Shown here: one piece after another, positions 36,615 through 50,036 of the stretch | Layout of the letters: each line of letters opens with the position of its first letter | Position numbering within the stretch: the first letter of the stretch is position 1 | Assembly (NCBI GenBank): GCA_951406725.2 | Contig: OX597820.1 | Coordinates: forward strand, 36,022,001-36,086,000 | Origin: Octopus vulgaris | Taxonomy: Eukaryota | Direction: 5' to 3' | DNA: 64,000 nucleotides | Notes under the pieces: model-generated | Databases searched by the model: none | Told to the model about the DNA's origin: nothing | Seen by the model: only the letters and a program-made list of their open reading frames with translations | Program-made: the position numbers and the translations under genes

Positions 36615-39600
36615 AATTTCTTCTGTTAGTCACACAACAATGCAAAAACATGTTCCTCTTTTTCCTTGTAATTTATAATAAAGACAGTTCCATTGTTATT
36701 CTGAATAAATCTGAAAATATGTAACTGGAAAGAAATTCTATTACAACACATTTGGATAGAATCAAGTCCCAGGAATCAATCTAGGAATGAGAAAGCATCA
36801 CATAAAAGATCCCAAAACCTGCTCCAGTTCTCTCAATATGAAAACCATTTCACATGATGAGTTGTGGTAAATTTTCTAGTATATTCAACATACAAATTCA
36901 TCCAGTAAGCATTTCCAGTTTTACAGAAAATATCTGAAGTTAATATTGATTCAGAGAAACATTTCCCAGTAATTTAATCATCAACATTATACTTATATAG
37001 TGACATGTGTTCTTGATGATGCAAATTTTCAGTCTTCAAACTCAAATTTCTTGATGTATCTTGAGAGAGAAATTTTCATCTTTATGTCACCAGACACCCT
37101 GAAACACACAGATAATATACATAAAACACAGTTACATGTAAATGCAAAAGATACCAAAGACAAATATCTTGGTCAAAATGCACAGTAAACCAAAATATAA
37201 GCATTACCATAAATTAATAGTACAGACATGCCAAAATTAATGATGAGAACTTTCTCTAAGTATCTTTAGAAGAAAGACTGGGTAAGGAAAGATCAAATGG
37301 ACATAAATTCATAGCCTTTGTAAATCTTCCAAGAATTTGATTCAGTTGAATTCACAAGAGGTACAAATCTCAGAATAAAGTTTGCATTAAAATGTTCAGT
37401 GAAGAGATTTACTGTAAAAACTATGAATGATAAAGGGAAGTAAGTTAGATGAATTGAGTGGAATTCAAACACAGATACTTTGGATGTTAGATGTAGAAGG
37501 GAAGAGGAAGAATATAGCATGTTTGTGCTTGTAGTGTCTTTTGTGAAGTGACCTTTTGCCAATATGTCAGATGGCCACTTTCAGGAGTGAGATTTGCAAT
37601 GTGTAATGGCTTCTCTGCCCATGTTTTTGATTAGCACTGTAATGTGCCTTGGATTATGGCTAGGACCACTCTGTCTTTTTCTTCTGTTATTTAATGTCTA
37701 GTTCAATGTGTGATACATTTGACTACAATTTCTTTAACTAAGATGATATAGAAATTAATTAAACAGTAATTCAGTATAATTAATACTTATTCGGCAGTTT
37801 GAGTAAAAATGATTTCTCATTTAAGCATAAGGCCAAAATTTTAAAATATAGTGGGTTAGTCAATTATGTTAACCAAGTTCTTGAATGGTATTTTTTTCTA
37901 TATCTATCCTGAAAGGATCATATGCAAAATTGACTGCAGAGGAATTTGAACTCAGAATGTAACTAACCAAAAGATATACCACAAAATATTCTGTCAATTC
38001 ACTACACTAATTTGGGTGAAAATAATAACATTCATCTTTAACCATCAATGCAATCTTCTGAGGCTTATAAGATACTGGTAAATGTATTTTCTTTGTAGGA
38101 ACCAGAATGATGGAAATTACAGTTTACAGTTATCACGTAGGCACTTTAAATTTCTTTTAAAACATTTTATTACATTTAAATTTCTATCTTACAAACTGAA
38201 AAGGGAGCTTGAGAAAATTATCTAAATTACCATAAAATAATGGTTTCATGTTGTTTTTTTTTATAATTAAGATCTAAACTATTAATATATGAATACGAAG
38301 GAGATACTTGAATAACTGTAAACCTAATTTTTAGCCACTCTGTATGTGTGTATATATATAATTGCAGATTACGATTGCACTGAAATAACTTTAAGAGTTT
38401 CGAATCCTTCTCTCCCCCACCTGATATTTTCTCGTAACTCTCTTTAAAATGATTATTGTTTAATATCATTCTGAAAAATACATTTCCAAGAGTGTACAAT
38501 GTGTAATATTTCAGAAGTTAAAAAAATAATAAATGCCTAACTAACGGAAACTGATGGTAACAATATCTGAGCGGCGGCAGAAAGAACGATCCGAAGCACC
38601 TCCAAAACCTGTTTCTAAATTATTTTAAAGATAATTATAACCTAAGCTCACAGAAAAGTAACTTAGCAAAATTTCGCGATAAAATACGCATTTTTCACGA
38701 AGTTCTTAGGAACTAGATGTTCGCGGATATTTCACATAGTCGAGGTAAACTAGTTTTCTGGTAAATAACAGCAGACGAATAGATTCCAGAAATATGTATA
38801 TACTGAAAACTAATCTGAAAACATTCATTTTCACATAAACATAATTCTTATCACTTCTAACAAAGTATATTCCTTAAAAATATCGAAATTTTGGATCTTC
38901 ACTTACTTTTTTCTTCCATTAAATACTAACAATGGCAATAGATATTTTTGCCATACTTTCGTATTTAAAATTAGGCTACAATAAATATGATTTTCATATA
39001 TAATTTATAAACATGTACATTTTCTTGAACATTGTCATTTAATATGATTTTGCTGGCAAATTTTTAAATTAACATAAACATTTATTTACATGAAAGAAAA
39101 TCACCGGAGAACTCTCATCCAACTCTTCCAAATCCTTCTGTCAAACTGTATTGAAACTATTTGTGGGGAAATTTTTTTTATCTCAGCATCTGGTCGCATC
39201 CAGCATATGATTGATATATTCGGTATCTTTTAGAGAAGTCGACAGGTGCAAAGTCGTCAACTTCGCAGATTTGTAGAGGAAGGACTATCTGTTAATGCTG
39301 GGAGTCCGTTAAATTGAAGTAGAAATAGATTAGAAACGATGAGGGAGAGGAAACATGCATGTGTTTGTTAACAGAAAGTCTGTTGTGTTGATGGTTCCAA
39401 CGGTTTATAATGTATATACGAAAATAAGAAGGTATTTCGTAACCAGCAACAGAATGTTAAACTTATAACCATGCTAGAATGGTAGCCGTGGTAATGATGG
39501 TGGTACGATATTCTGCAACAACTTTTTTCAAACATTTGCCAAAGCCATAAACTACAATAAATTCCAAGCAACTAATAGTTACAAAGTTCAAGACTTAATG

Positions 39601-40232
39601 TTATAGATTCATACATTCTAAATCATCCTACACCTCCCTGTAACTTCTTTGACATCTTTCACATCCTCTCCCACAACCATTTTTTGCAGTAGTTCTTTTT
39701 ATAGAGCTTCTTGCAGACAACTATTCCCTTATCCATTCACTGATTAACTGAAATTGTATTAGAAACCAAGGAAACCATTTATTACAACCATCTCTACTAA
39801 TTATCAAGAAGCAATATTTATGTGGGGAAATCCTTGCAACATTTATCTATAACTGCCTTACATTAGGAACAAAGTGGTTGAAGAATCAATCAGAAATTAC
39901 GTGAAGTAAACAGCACATTCTTTGAGTTAATCTATATTACAGATAATAAATCCATAATATCTTTAAGGGTGCATAGCTTCTTTGGTTTCTCTTCCACTAA
40001 GTGACTACTCTGCATATTCTTTCTAACTTCTGTCTCAGTCATTCTTTAACTTATTTGTCAACCACTTCACTAAATTTTCTTTTGGTTTCTTTTTTCTCTT
40101 ACTTTTCCTCACTCCTATTTAATGCTTTCATTTCTCTTCCTTCTTATGTTGTTCAATGGAATGTTACCTTTCTGTTTGGTTTTCTCTTTCTTTTACCCCA
40201 CTTAATAGAATTTCTCTGTTAATACAGAAATA

Positions 40233-40468
40233 CTTATTTCTTTACTACCCACAAGGGGCTAAACACAGAGAGGACAAACAAGGACAGACAAACGGATTAA
40301 GTCGATTATATCGACCCCAGTGTGTAACTGATACTTATTTAATCGACCCCGAAAGGATGAAAGGCAAAGTTGACCTTGGCATAATTTGAACTCAGAACGT
40401 GACGGCAGACGAAATACGGCTACGCATTTCGCCTGGTGTGCTAACGTTTCTGCTAGCTCTCCGCCTTA
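40233..40468 (-). mobile_element. SINE family B with 20-bp TSD
   Basis: TCTCTGTTAATACAGAAATA at 40213-40232 and 40469-40488. Confidence 0.9.
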
Positions 40469-41829
40469 TCTCTGTTAATACAGAAATATCTTAATGTGTT
40501 GCTAAATGATATTTTAGCTATTTCACTTCTTGCAGTTTCTGCAGATATGAAATATTGTTCATACTGACATCTCTATTTCATCATCAACATTTAACATCTG
40601 TTTTCCATGCTGGTATGGATTGGATAACTTGACAGAACCTGACAAGGCCAAGATCCACACCAGGTTCCATAGTCTGTTTTCATTTTGTTTCTACAGCTGG
40701 ATGCCTTTCCTAGCTACAGAGTGTACTGGGTGCTTATAATGTAGCACCATCACCAGTGCTTTTTACGAGACACCTTGGTTTTAGGATCTCAATTCTGTTG
40801 TGGTGGGCAGGTCTTTTCAAGTACAGCGATGCGCCACATATCTCAGAATTATTAAATCTAACAAACAAACAAACACACTTCAAAAATATCCTAATAAAGT
40901 ACTAAGTACTCAATGCAGAATTTATTTTACCCACAAGTTAGTTTATGTTTCCTTCACAGTTTAAATTGCTCTGGAAGTTCTCTATTTAGAATTTTCCTTC
41001 TTAACCCATATCTTTGCATTGATTTCGTTTTGTCAAAGAAATATTGTCAGTAAATTCTCAAAGCAGTTTCTGAAAAAAAAATCAATAACATTTAAGTCTT
41101 CCTTTTTCTGTTTTGCTTATTTTATTTAATTTTAAGTCAGAGAAAAAATAATAAACAAAGATGTTTAATAATACATAAATATTTATTCAACAAAGAATAT
41201 ACAAAGCAACCAATAACATTATGACTGATGTTTAAAATTAAATAATTAAGCTATGCGTGAGATGTATCAAAACTTATTTTGAAGTAAAAGAATGGGGAAC
41301 AAGATGGTATATCCATGACACAAGATGTTGCGAGTAGTACCAAGATCATAATATTGGTTTCAAATTTTGGCACAAGATTAGTAATTTTAGGGGAGGAGCA
41401 TACTACAACACTCCACTGATACTTGTTTCAAATGGAGTTTGAACTCAGAATATAAAGAGCTGCAAGAAATGCTGCCAAGTATTTTGTCTGATGAGCTAAT
41501 GATTCTGCTATCTCTCTACCTGAAAAGACCTTAATACTGAAAAATATTATAACCTAAGTGAAATACCTAAATAATTGACTGGAATTTTTTGGCAGATGCT
41601 GCCATATTCACAAGTATTTATTAAGATTTAGTAAAATTCTGGCATCTTACAATATCATCCAAATCAGAAGCTAGATTGAAGATCTTTTTCGATTTAAATT
41701 TTTTTTAAAAATGAAGGAAATAATAACAAACATCAATAAATGAAGATATTGAATTCTTTAGTGTAATTAAATATTGTATGTGTGATGAAGTTACATTAAA
41801 TTTCAGTCTTAGAAATTAGGAAATAACAT

Positions 41830-42070
41830 TCGAGCAAGGTCATTGCCAGTGCCACTGGACTGGCTCCTGTGCAGGTGACATGTAAAAACACCATTTGAGC
41901 GTGGCCGTTGGCAGAACCGCCTGACTGGCCCTCGTGCTGGTGGCACATAAAAGCACCCACTACACTTTCGGAGTGGTTGGCATTAGGAAGGGCATCCAGC
42001 TGTAGAAACTCTGCCAGATCAGATTGGAGTCTGGTGCAGCCATCTGGTTCGCTAGTCCTCAGTCAAATCG
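41830..42070 (+). mobile_element. RTE LINE 3' UTR fragment
   Basis: Homologous to ~55200-55430. Confidence 0.75.
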
Positions 42071-42415
42071 TTGCCATTTGTAAGGCCAAGTAAGTACTAG
42101 CTACAAAGGACACCTATCATGAAAGGCTTTCCTATAATAATCATATCTTCAGTTTGTGTATTGTATATGAAGGACAACTATCTAATGCATCTGCCCGTTT
42201 TTATAACTTTTCCTTTAATTTTGGATAGATTTGGTTGCTATTTCTCCCATGTAATGAATGATCACACATAGACAATTTAGTTATATTCAATATCTTGTAA
42301 AAGATGTCAAGGATATTGTATAAATTTTGAGGGAATGCTTAGGCTTCTTTGTGCACTGTTGTACTCTTTCAGTTTGTTCCAATTGTAATGTGTTCAATAA
42401 TTCTCTCACCATAGT

Positions 42416-44573
42416 AAAGACCCCTTTCAGTCATGAATGACCATGGTATTGCACCTAGAAAGTTCCCCTCCAAGGCACAAGTCTGGGCAAGGTTATTTTT
42501 ATGGAAGACCAGCAATCATCCATGCATACCAGCCTCACCTCCCAACACCATTGATGTTATCCAACAGAAAGGCAAAGGCCAATACAGCTTGGCACCAGTG
42601 ATACTGCAACTCACTTCTACAGCTGGATGAATTGGAGCAATGTGAAATTACATGGAAAAATGCGAGCAAGAGAAATAATATTAAGGTGATAAATCTGGAA
42701 AAGTACAGGACAAGTTATTTCATCTGGTAAAGTACAGAACAAGAAAATCTTTACTTAAAATATAGCAGCTAAGGATAAAATTAGATTTAGAAAATATTAG
42801 CTTTTATTAAAACTAAAAATTTTATTACCAGTTATTACTTCTATTTGTTACTACTATTAAAAATTAAAAATAGCTCAAAATATTTTTTGTACTTTAAAAA
42901 AATTCATTTTTTAAATTATTAATTAATAATTAGAAATCTGAAAATGGATTATAAAAAATAGTAATAGTACATAATTAGTACAATAAATAGAATACAAAAA
43001 TTGGTTATATATTACAGTAAAATCCATCTATAACAACAAATTTACAATAAAATTTGCATGAGTTATTGCCAAGTCTTCACATTTTTAGTCTTGACCCAAT
43101 GCCTTTTACATAATGAATTTGCCGACCATATATATTATTCTACTTTGCATAAAACTTTGGCTATATTGGTACTTCTGGCTCTCATTTTTTAAGTATTCTA
43201 GTGTGTCAATATTTTAACAAAAAGATGGTACCATTTTTAATCATAATGTTACTTGTAAATTAAAATCAAATAATTTTTAATATTCAAATTCTGTCCTTAG
43301 CTGTAAAATTTTAAGTAAAAATTTTCATGTTCTGTACTTTACCAGAACTTTTCTAAGTGTAATATCTCTTGCTTGCATTTTTCCATGTAATCCATGTTTT
43401 TTCCAGGCTATGCTATTATGCTAATTAATAATGTGTTAATTAATAATTTAAGATTTTACTTTATTGATAATTGAATAATGAATTTTATGAATTTCTAAAT
43501 AATATTTTAATTTTTTCCATTTTTGTGATTGAATTATTATTATTAAATTAAAATAAGAAGTTTTAATCTAAAAGAATAAAAATAAGATTTGTAATTCCTC
43601 AATCTTAGCTCTATCATTTAAGCTTAATTAAAATATAGTTTGTTTTTAAAATATGAAAGTTAACTATACTTAAATCTAATTTTTTGCCTTACTGAGAAAT
43701 TCCTGTCACTGTAAACTGCTATGATTCTGTTTCTCATTTCAGATATTACGGGACTGTGTTTACATGATATAACTGCATTAATTAATACAGATGACATAAT
43801 TAAACTAATTGCAAATTAGCAATGTCGTTCATAATTTTTTCCTTAACTCAATGATGCTGGTGACATATATTAAAAGTCCTCTTATAGAACTATATTCATA
43901 AAAAAAAGTACAGAACTATATTATCACCCTCAAATTTGAGAAACAAACACTCATAACTTCTTTCTTTTAAAACTTCATTGCATGAGATTAATACCATGAA
44001 ATTCCTCAAATTGAGCTCTATCATTTAAGCTTAATTAAAATATAGTTTGTCTTTAAAATATAAAAGTTATTTATACTTAAATCCAATTTTTTGCCTTCCT
44101 TATATTTTTTCATGATCTTTTACCTCACAACTTTTTTGATACAAATTTTTGTTGCATGGGACCAAAACTATGAAATTCCTTATGTTTTCTTCTATCATTG
44201 AAGCTAAGATAAATATATTTTGTTTTTAAAATAAAAGAATTATTTAGATATAAACTGGATTGGAGGCATTACTTAATCTCCTATAACATTGCTACAAATT
44301 TTTATGCAAACTTTTTTTCTACTGGACCCAATCTCAATTTTTTTAATCCCAAAATTGTTAACAGTTTTCCATTTAGTTAAGAACTGAATTAGCGACAAGC
44401 TCTAAAATATGATGCGAGTAAATTGTGGCCTTAAGATTATTATTCAACAACGGCAATAGTTGAATGATAAAGTGTTTTGCTCAAGAACACAACACACAGG
44501 CCAGTCCAGGAATCGAACTCACTACCTATAAATTGTGAGCCTGATGCTCTAACTACTGAGCCATACACCTTCC
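42416..44573 (-). mobile_element. SINE family E split by a ~1.8-kb nested insertion
   Basis: TSD CTCACC(A/T)TAGT at 42405-42415 and 44574-44584; the halves rejoin as GTGAAATAAAGTG. Confidence 0.8.
42647..43391. mobile_element. Long-TIR non-autonomous DNA element
   Basis: ATTACATGGAAAAATGC.AGCAAGAGA ... TCTCTTGCTTGCATTTTTCCATGTAAT; roughly 150-bp imperfect arms. Confidence 0.7.
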
Positions 44574-44649
44574 CTCACCTTAGTGATTAGATATATACCT
44601 ACAGAGATTCTTTGACTAGATATCACAGCACCATTACAACAGCTTCTCT

Positions 44650-46092
44650 CTAGTGTGGATTTGTGCAAATACATTTGTGGTTTCTCAACCTGTTACTTAA
44701 AGTGAATGTTTTACCACAGATATCACAGTGGTATGGTTTCTCACCTGTGTGAATGCGTTTATGGCAAGATAAATGACCAGTTTGAGAGAATGTCTTACCA
44801 CAGACATCACACTGGTATGGCTTTTCACCTGTATGAATACGTTTGTGACAAGATAAAGCACTTCTTTGAAAGAATGCCTTACCACAGATATCACAGGAGT
44901 ACGGTTTCTCACCTGTGTGAATACGTTTATGCTTGTTTAAGAAACTGTTCTGAGAAAAAGTTTTATCACATATATCACAGTGGAATGGCTTCTCTCCTGT
45001 ATGATTACTTACATGGTATAGTAAAGATGTCCTTTCAGAAAACTGTTTACCACAGATATCACAAGAATGTAGCTTCTCACCTGTATGAATGCGTTTGTGG
45101 CGAGATAAATTGCCGAGCTGGGAGAACTTTTCACCACAGATATCACAGTGATAGGGTTTCTCACCAGTGTGAATACGTTTGTGGGAAGACAAGGTGCTCA
45201 TTTTAGAGAATGAATTACCACAGATATCACAATGGTATGGTTTCTCACCTGTATGAGTACTTATATGGTAATGTAAAGAAGTTCTCTGAGAGAAAGCTTT
45301 ACCACAGCTATTACAGGAATATGGCTTCTCACCTGTGTGAGTACGAATATGATAAGATAATCGCTTTCTTTCAAAGAATGTTTTACCACAAATATCACAG
45401 TTGAATGGTTTTTCTCCTGTATGAACTCTTATGTGATAACGTAAAGTATTGCTCTGAGAGAATGTTTTTCCACAGATATCACAGTGGAATGGCTTCTCAA
45501 TTGCATGAGTATGTTCATGCTGAGCTAAGGCACTGTGTACACGAAATGCTCTACCACAAATCTTACACTGGAATGGTTTCTCACCTGTGTGAATATGCTT
45601 GTGTTTAGATAAGGCACTACTTTCAGGAAATGCTTTATCACAAAACTCACAGTGGAATGGTTTCTCTCCTGTATGAACACTTTTATGGTAAAGCAAAGTA
45701 TGTCTGAGAGAGAATGTTTTACCACAAATATCACAGCAGTATGGTTTCTCACCTGTGTGAGTACGTTTGTGACATGCTAAATGACCAGTTTGAGAGAATG
45801 TCTTACCGCAGATATCGCAGGTGTATGGTTTCTCACCTGTGTGAATACGAATATGATTTGATAAATTACTTTTACAAAAGAATGCTTTACCACAAATATC
45901 ACAGTGGTGTTGCTTCTTCTCTGTATGAACTAATTTATGCTGAACTGAATATCTTTTCTTTGAAAATACCTTCCCACATACATTACAGGGATATGAGCTT
46001 TTCCCTGTCTCTTCCAGAGTCTGCTGCAAGACATTGTTATCTCTAGGTTGTGTTTCATCACAAACTTGACTTTCACACAGTTTGTCATCCAT
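44650..46092 (-). CDS. C2H2 zinc-finger protein ZNF-B, 480 aa, 16 fingers (last atypical)
   Basis: Start placed at the ATG (46092) homologous to the ZNF-A and ZNF-C starts; the ORF-track start at 46167 lies in shared 5' sequence. Confidence 0.95.
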   Translation of the reverse strand: MDDKLCESQVCDETQPRDNNVLQQTLEETGKSSYPCNVCGKVFSKKRYSVQHKLVHTEKKQHHCDICGKAFFCKSNLSNHIRIHTGEKPYTCDICGKTFSQTGHLACHKRTHTGEKPYCCDICGKTFSLRHTLLYHKSVHTGEKPFHCEFCDKAFPESSALSKHKHIHTGEKPFQCKICGRAFRVHSALAQHEHTHAIEKPFHCDICGKTFSQSNTLRYHIRVHTGEKPFNCDICGKTFFERKRLSYHIRTHTGEKPYSCNSCGKAFSQRTSLHYHISTHTGEKPYHCDICGNSFSKMSTLSSHKRIHTGEKPYHCDICGEKFSQLGNLSRHKRIHTGEKLHSCDICGKQFSERTSLLYHVSNHTGEKPFHCDICDKTFSQNSFLNKHKRIHTGEKPYSCDICGKAFFQRSALSCHKRIHTGEKPYQCDVCGKTFSQTGHLSCHKRIHTGEKPYHCDICGKTFTLSNRLRNHKCICTNPH

Positions 46093-46181
46093 AATTTTTT
46101 TTCCATTAAATACAAACATATGTTCCAGTTTTTCTTTGTAATTTATAAATAAGAAATTGTTCCACAAATATTCTGAATAAA

Positions 46182-46539
46182 CAAAGAAATATATTCTTAA
46201 AGTATATAAACCATAAAGAACTCTTAACCCAGACTGAATCTTTTCCCAGGAATCAATTTGACAATGACATCAGGTGAAAGATCTCTTAATTTGTTCCAGT
46301 TCTCAATATCCAGCTATGAAAGACATTTCACTGAAGTCACTTCAGGAGTCATGGTAAATTCAAAGAAATATATTCTTAAAGTATATAAACCATAAAGAAT
46401 TCTTAACCCAGACTGAATCTTTTCCCAGGAATCAATTCGACAATGGCATCATGTAAAATACCCCTTAATTTGTTCCAGTTCTCAATATCCAGCTATGAAA
46501 GACATTTCACTGAAGACACTTCAGGAGTCATGGTAAATT
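46182..46539. repeat. 179-bp tandem duplication in the ZNF-B leader
   Basis: Units 46182-46360 and 46361-46539; single copy in ZNF-C. Confidence 0.95.
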
Positions 46540-47151
46540 TTCCAACTATATTCAACACGCAAATTCATCCAGTAAATGTTTTCTCAACTTCACAGAAAAT
46601 ATTTGAAGTTAATACTGATTCAGAGAAATATTCCACAGTAATTTAATCAACATTGTAGCTATATAGTGACATGTGTTCCTGACAAAGTCATTCTTGAATC
46701 TTTAAAATAAATCAAACAAATTTCTTGCAGCAACTTGAGAGAGATTCTCATCGTTATGCCATCGAACACCCTGAAATATACAAATATGAAATATATAAGA
46801 CACAATTATACATCAATGCATGGCAAATACATTTTCTTCTTGATTTTGGAGATCATTATTCTGAGTATGTCAGAAGGGAAGTTTGGCTGCTCAGAAACAC
46901 CCTTAAATGAGCATATACACTAACCTCAAATAAAGTAAACTCAGAGATTTGAGATATCATAGTGAGCTTTTACGTTTTTACAGTTAGTGTCATAAGTTTG
47001 TTTCCCAACCACATGGTTTTGGGTTGTCTCACATTGTGGTACTTTGGGTAACTGTCTTCTGTCTATAGCCCCAAGCCAACTAAAGGCTTATTAAGTAGAT
47101 TTAGAAGAGGAAAACTGAAAGAAGCTTGTCATATATTTATGCTTTATGTTA

Positions 47152-47371
47152 TATGAAGGGGTGCTGATAAGTTCTGGGCTTTCGGTAAAAGAAAATATAG
47201 GAGAATCAGTTAATTATGATTTTATTCAACATATTCCCCTCTCTGGTTCACACACTTATTGCAGCAATCCTTCAGTTTTTCTAAACCCTGTAAAAGAACT
47301 TGGAAGGTTAGGCCTCCAACCAAGCCTTTCATAACACCCTTAAAGCCAGGATCTTTTCAGTACTCCCTTGT
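47152..47371. mobile_element. mariner-derived MITE
   Basis: TGAAGGGGTGCTGATAAGTTCTGGGCTTT ... AAAGCCAGGATCTTTTCAGTACTCCCT; contains a transposase C-terminal remnant (NKCVN..GEYVE). Confidence 0.75.
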
Positions 47372-49035
47372 GTGTGTGTGTGCATACACCCACATACATA
47401 CAACACGAGGCACTGTATGGAATTCACTTTACAAATGGTGTCAGTCTTCCTTACTGTAAGAGCATAGACAAACTTTGGTAAATTGTGTATTTGAAGCTGA
47501 AAAAGAAATCAACAGTGTTTGTGTGATCCATGTAGATAACTGCAGACAGTTCAGAACTGCGAAAGATTCAGCTTCTGTGTCAACTGTATGGATATAGGAG
47601 GAGGGCGAGAGCCGAGTGGAGTTGTGCAAATTAATGTTATAAAGGGTGGAGGAACGATTCATTGTGATTTGGCAAGTTTGAAGAACAAGATTTATTTAAA
47701 GTTGTGAAGAAGGAAGGCTTTGAGCCAGACAAACTAAGTCTTCGTAACTGATATCCAGATGAGTGGTGGAAAGTGAACTCGACCTACGTGCAAACACATC
47801 CTTTCAGAATGAAGTTGGAATATATAGATTAGATGTTATTCGTTTACCTTTGATTTTCTTTGGAGAAAGAACTTTGAAGAACAATTTTTTTCCTTCGTAT
47901 AAGGTACAGTACTTCAACTTATCTCCTTAAAATAAATTACGATAAAAAGAAGCTTATAAAATGAAACGTTGATAAGTTATGCCGATAAGTTTACTGGACA
48001 TCCTATATTCTCGTCTCCAAACACTACGCACTCATTTTTTTTTTAAATCACATCAATATTGTTTATGGCCATCAATAATCAATGTTGTTACTTCTTGATT
48101 ATTTTATGTGTTATTTTGGGGTGTCTCCATCTTCCACACTTTGGCAGATCGTTAGTTCTTTGTTTATAGATGAACCTCTATAACCCTTCATTCATCTCGT
48201 TCCCAAAACAATATAATACAACCAAATACTGCTTCGCTCAACCTCCTTCAAATTACACCCTATTATCAAAAGAAACAGAAGATACACTAGATAATGAAGA
48301 CAACTACTCGAAAAGATAAAAATTTAAAAATCGGATGGTCACGGCTGACAAAAGATCTGCTCCATTAGGACTAAACAAAAATAACTATAACCACCAAACA
48401 CACAAACATGCGTTTGCATGTTATTTACAACAAGAGTTATAAAGAGTTAATAAATCAAAGAAATATTTATCTACTTAAAACTAACCTTAGAATATTCATT
48501 TCCATAAAAACTCACAGAATTTCTTATCGCCAGTAACAAAGAATTTTCCATAAATATTTAGAAATTTTCTAACTTAGCTTCTAGTCACGTTCCATAACAA
48601 TAACAGTACTGCAATAATTTTTGTAGCCGTACTTACGTATTGAACAAATGTTAGAGCGGGACAACTCTCAATGTAATAAACTTTCGATTTAACGGATTAG
48701 CAGACGAAAATGTCTGGCAACAATGCTGAAAGTTTGTTAAATCGAAGGTAATAGTATTAATAGAGGTGGAAGACATGCCTCTCTTAACACCGTTAAGTTC
48801 GCTACTGGGAAGTTAACAAGAGAATCATTTTGTAGCTTAATGCAAAGCTTTAATATAATGTTAGTTAACCCGAGATCCGTTGGGTCACCTGCAAAGTCTG
48901 AGTTTCCCAGCAACGGAGTTTTGCTTCATATTTTTTTTTTTTTTGTTCTTTTCCTGGTTATTTTGCATGCTTTCAACGAATGTGACATCGAAATCACGCG
49001 TAAACGGCTCCTTTCCCCCGAAAAAAAAAAAAAAA

Positions 49036-49146
49036 GATTTAGCTGCTATTTCTTGCACGCCCTGCTACCACGTAACAGGTATTTCAGGTCCTTTATCGAA
49101 AATAGCTGTTACGTGGTAGGGTGTGCTAGAAATAGTAGCCAAATCT
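49036..49146. repeat. 110-bp palindromic mini-element
   Basis: AGATTTAGCTGCTATTTCT.GCAC ... GTGCTAGAAATAGTAGCCAAATCT; half-sites also near 2320, 19340 and 42228. Confidence 0.85.
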
Positions 49147-49257
49147 TTGGAGCTAGGATAGGTTGAATGCACTCGAAAAAGTTTTTGTAATGGTATTCCC
49201 TTGGGGCGATCTTTCGCTTTGACTCTCAGAAGTGTCATCCAGGTCAGCTGATTTCGT

Positions 49258-49353
49258 TCGTTAATTTCCGTAAAAAAATTTATTTATTTACTTTTGTTTT
49301 AAAGTGACAGAGAGGAGAAAGTGAAAGATATATGAACATGTATATGAAATGGA

Positions 49354-49385
<32 letters not shown>

Positions 49386-49626
49386 TACCACTTACATGAG
49401 AACACATACGTTCACTCACTCTCTCTCACATGCACACGTACATACAAAAAAGATGTACGCATATATATTGATGTATGTACGTATACATGACAACACCTCC
49501 TCTCAGTATTTCTCTCTTTCATACACACACGCCCATTTCATATACTCGTACACATATTTTTCACTTTCTCCTCTCTTTCACTTTAAAACAAAAGTAAATA
49601 AAAAAAATTTTTACGAAAATTAACGA
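49258..49626. repeat. ~370-bp fold-back element
   Basis: TCGTTAATTT.CGTAAAAAA...TTTACTTTTGTTTTAAAGTGA mirrored at ~49578-49626. Confidence 0.85.
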
Positions 49627-49759
49627 CTTACCAATAATAAAAAAAAAGACATTACAATATTGTCTGTTTAAAGAAAGCTAAAATATAAATACTTACTGTA
49701 CAAACAATTTACATTTTTGAAATCTCATTCAGTTAAAAATATTTCTAAATGATTAAAAT

Positions 49760-50036
49760 ATTGTGTACGTCAAAAAGTCGACATTTCTTTTTTTTTCTTA
49801 AAGAGATGAAGACTATGTGTGTGTATATGTCACAGATAGCAGACGTGTGTTTGTGTTGATTGACGTGCTATGACATTCATTATATGTGTGTGTATTCTGT
49901 ATGTGGGTTGACGTTACAGAAGCCATGTTTTTTTTTTCGTCAAGAAATAACAAACAAAAGTTATGTTTACTTGTTTTCATTAATAAATAGAGGTCCAAAT
50001 GTCACAAAAATATGTACTCCTCTGCCAAAGGTAAGT
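49760..50036 (+). promoter_or_regulatory. Candidate promoter or non-coding first exon
   Basis: Several CRE-like TGACG/CGTCA half-sites and a consensus AAG|GTAAGT donor at 50031; inference only. Confidence 0.35.

Noticed and set aside
46093-46167. 25-aa N-terminal extension of ZNF-B
   Set aside because: Starts at a non-ATG codon, and the homologous sequence does not extend the ORF in ZNF-A or ZNF-C
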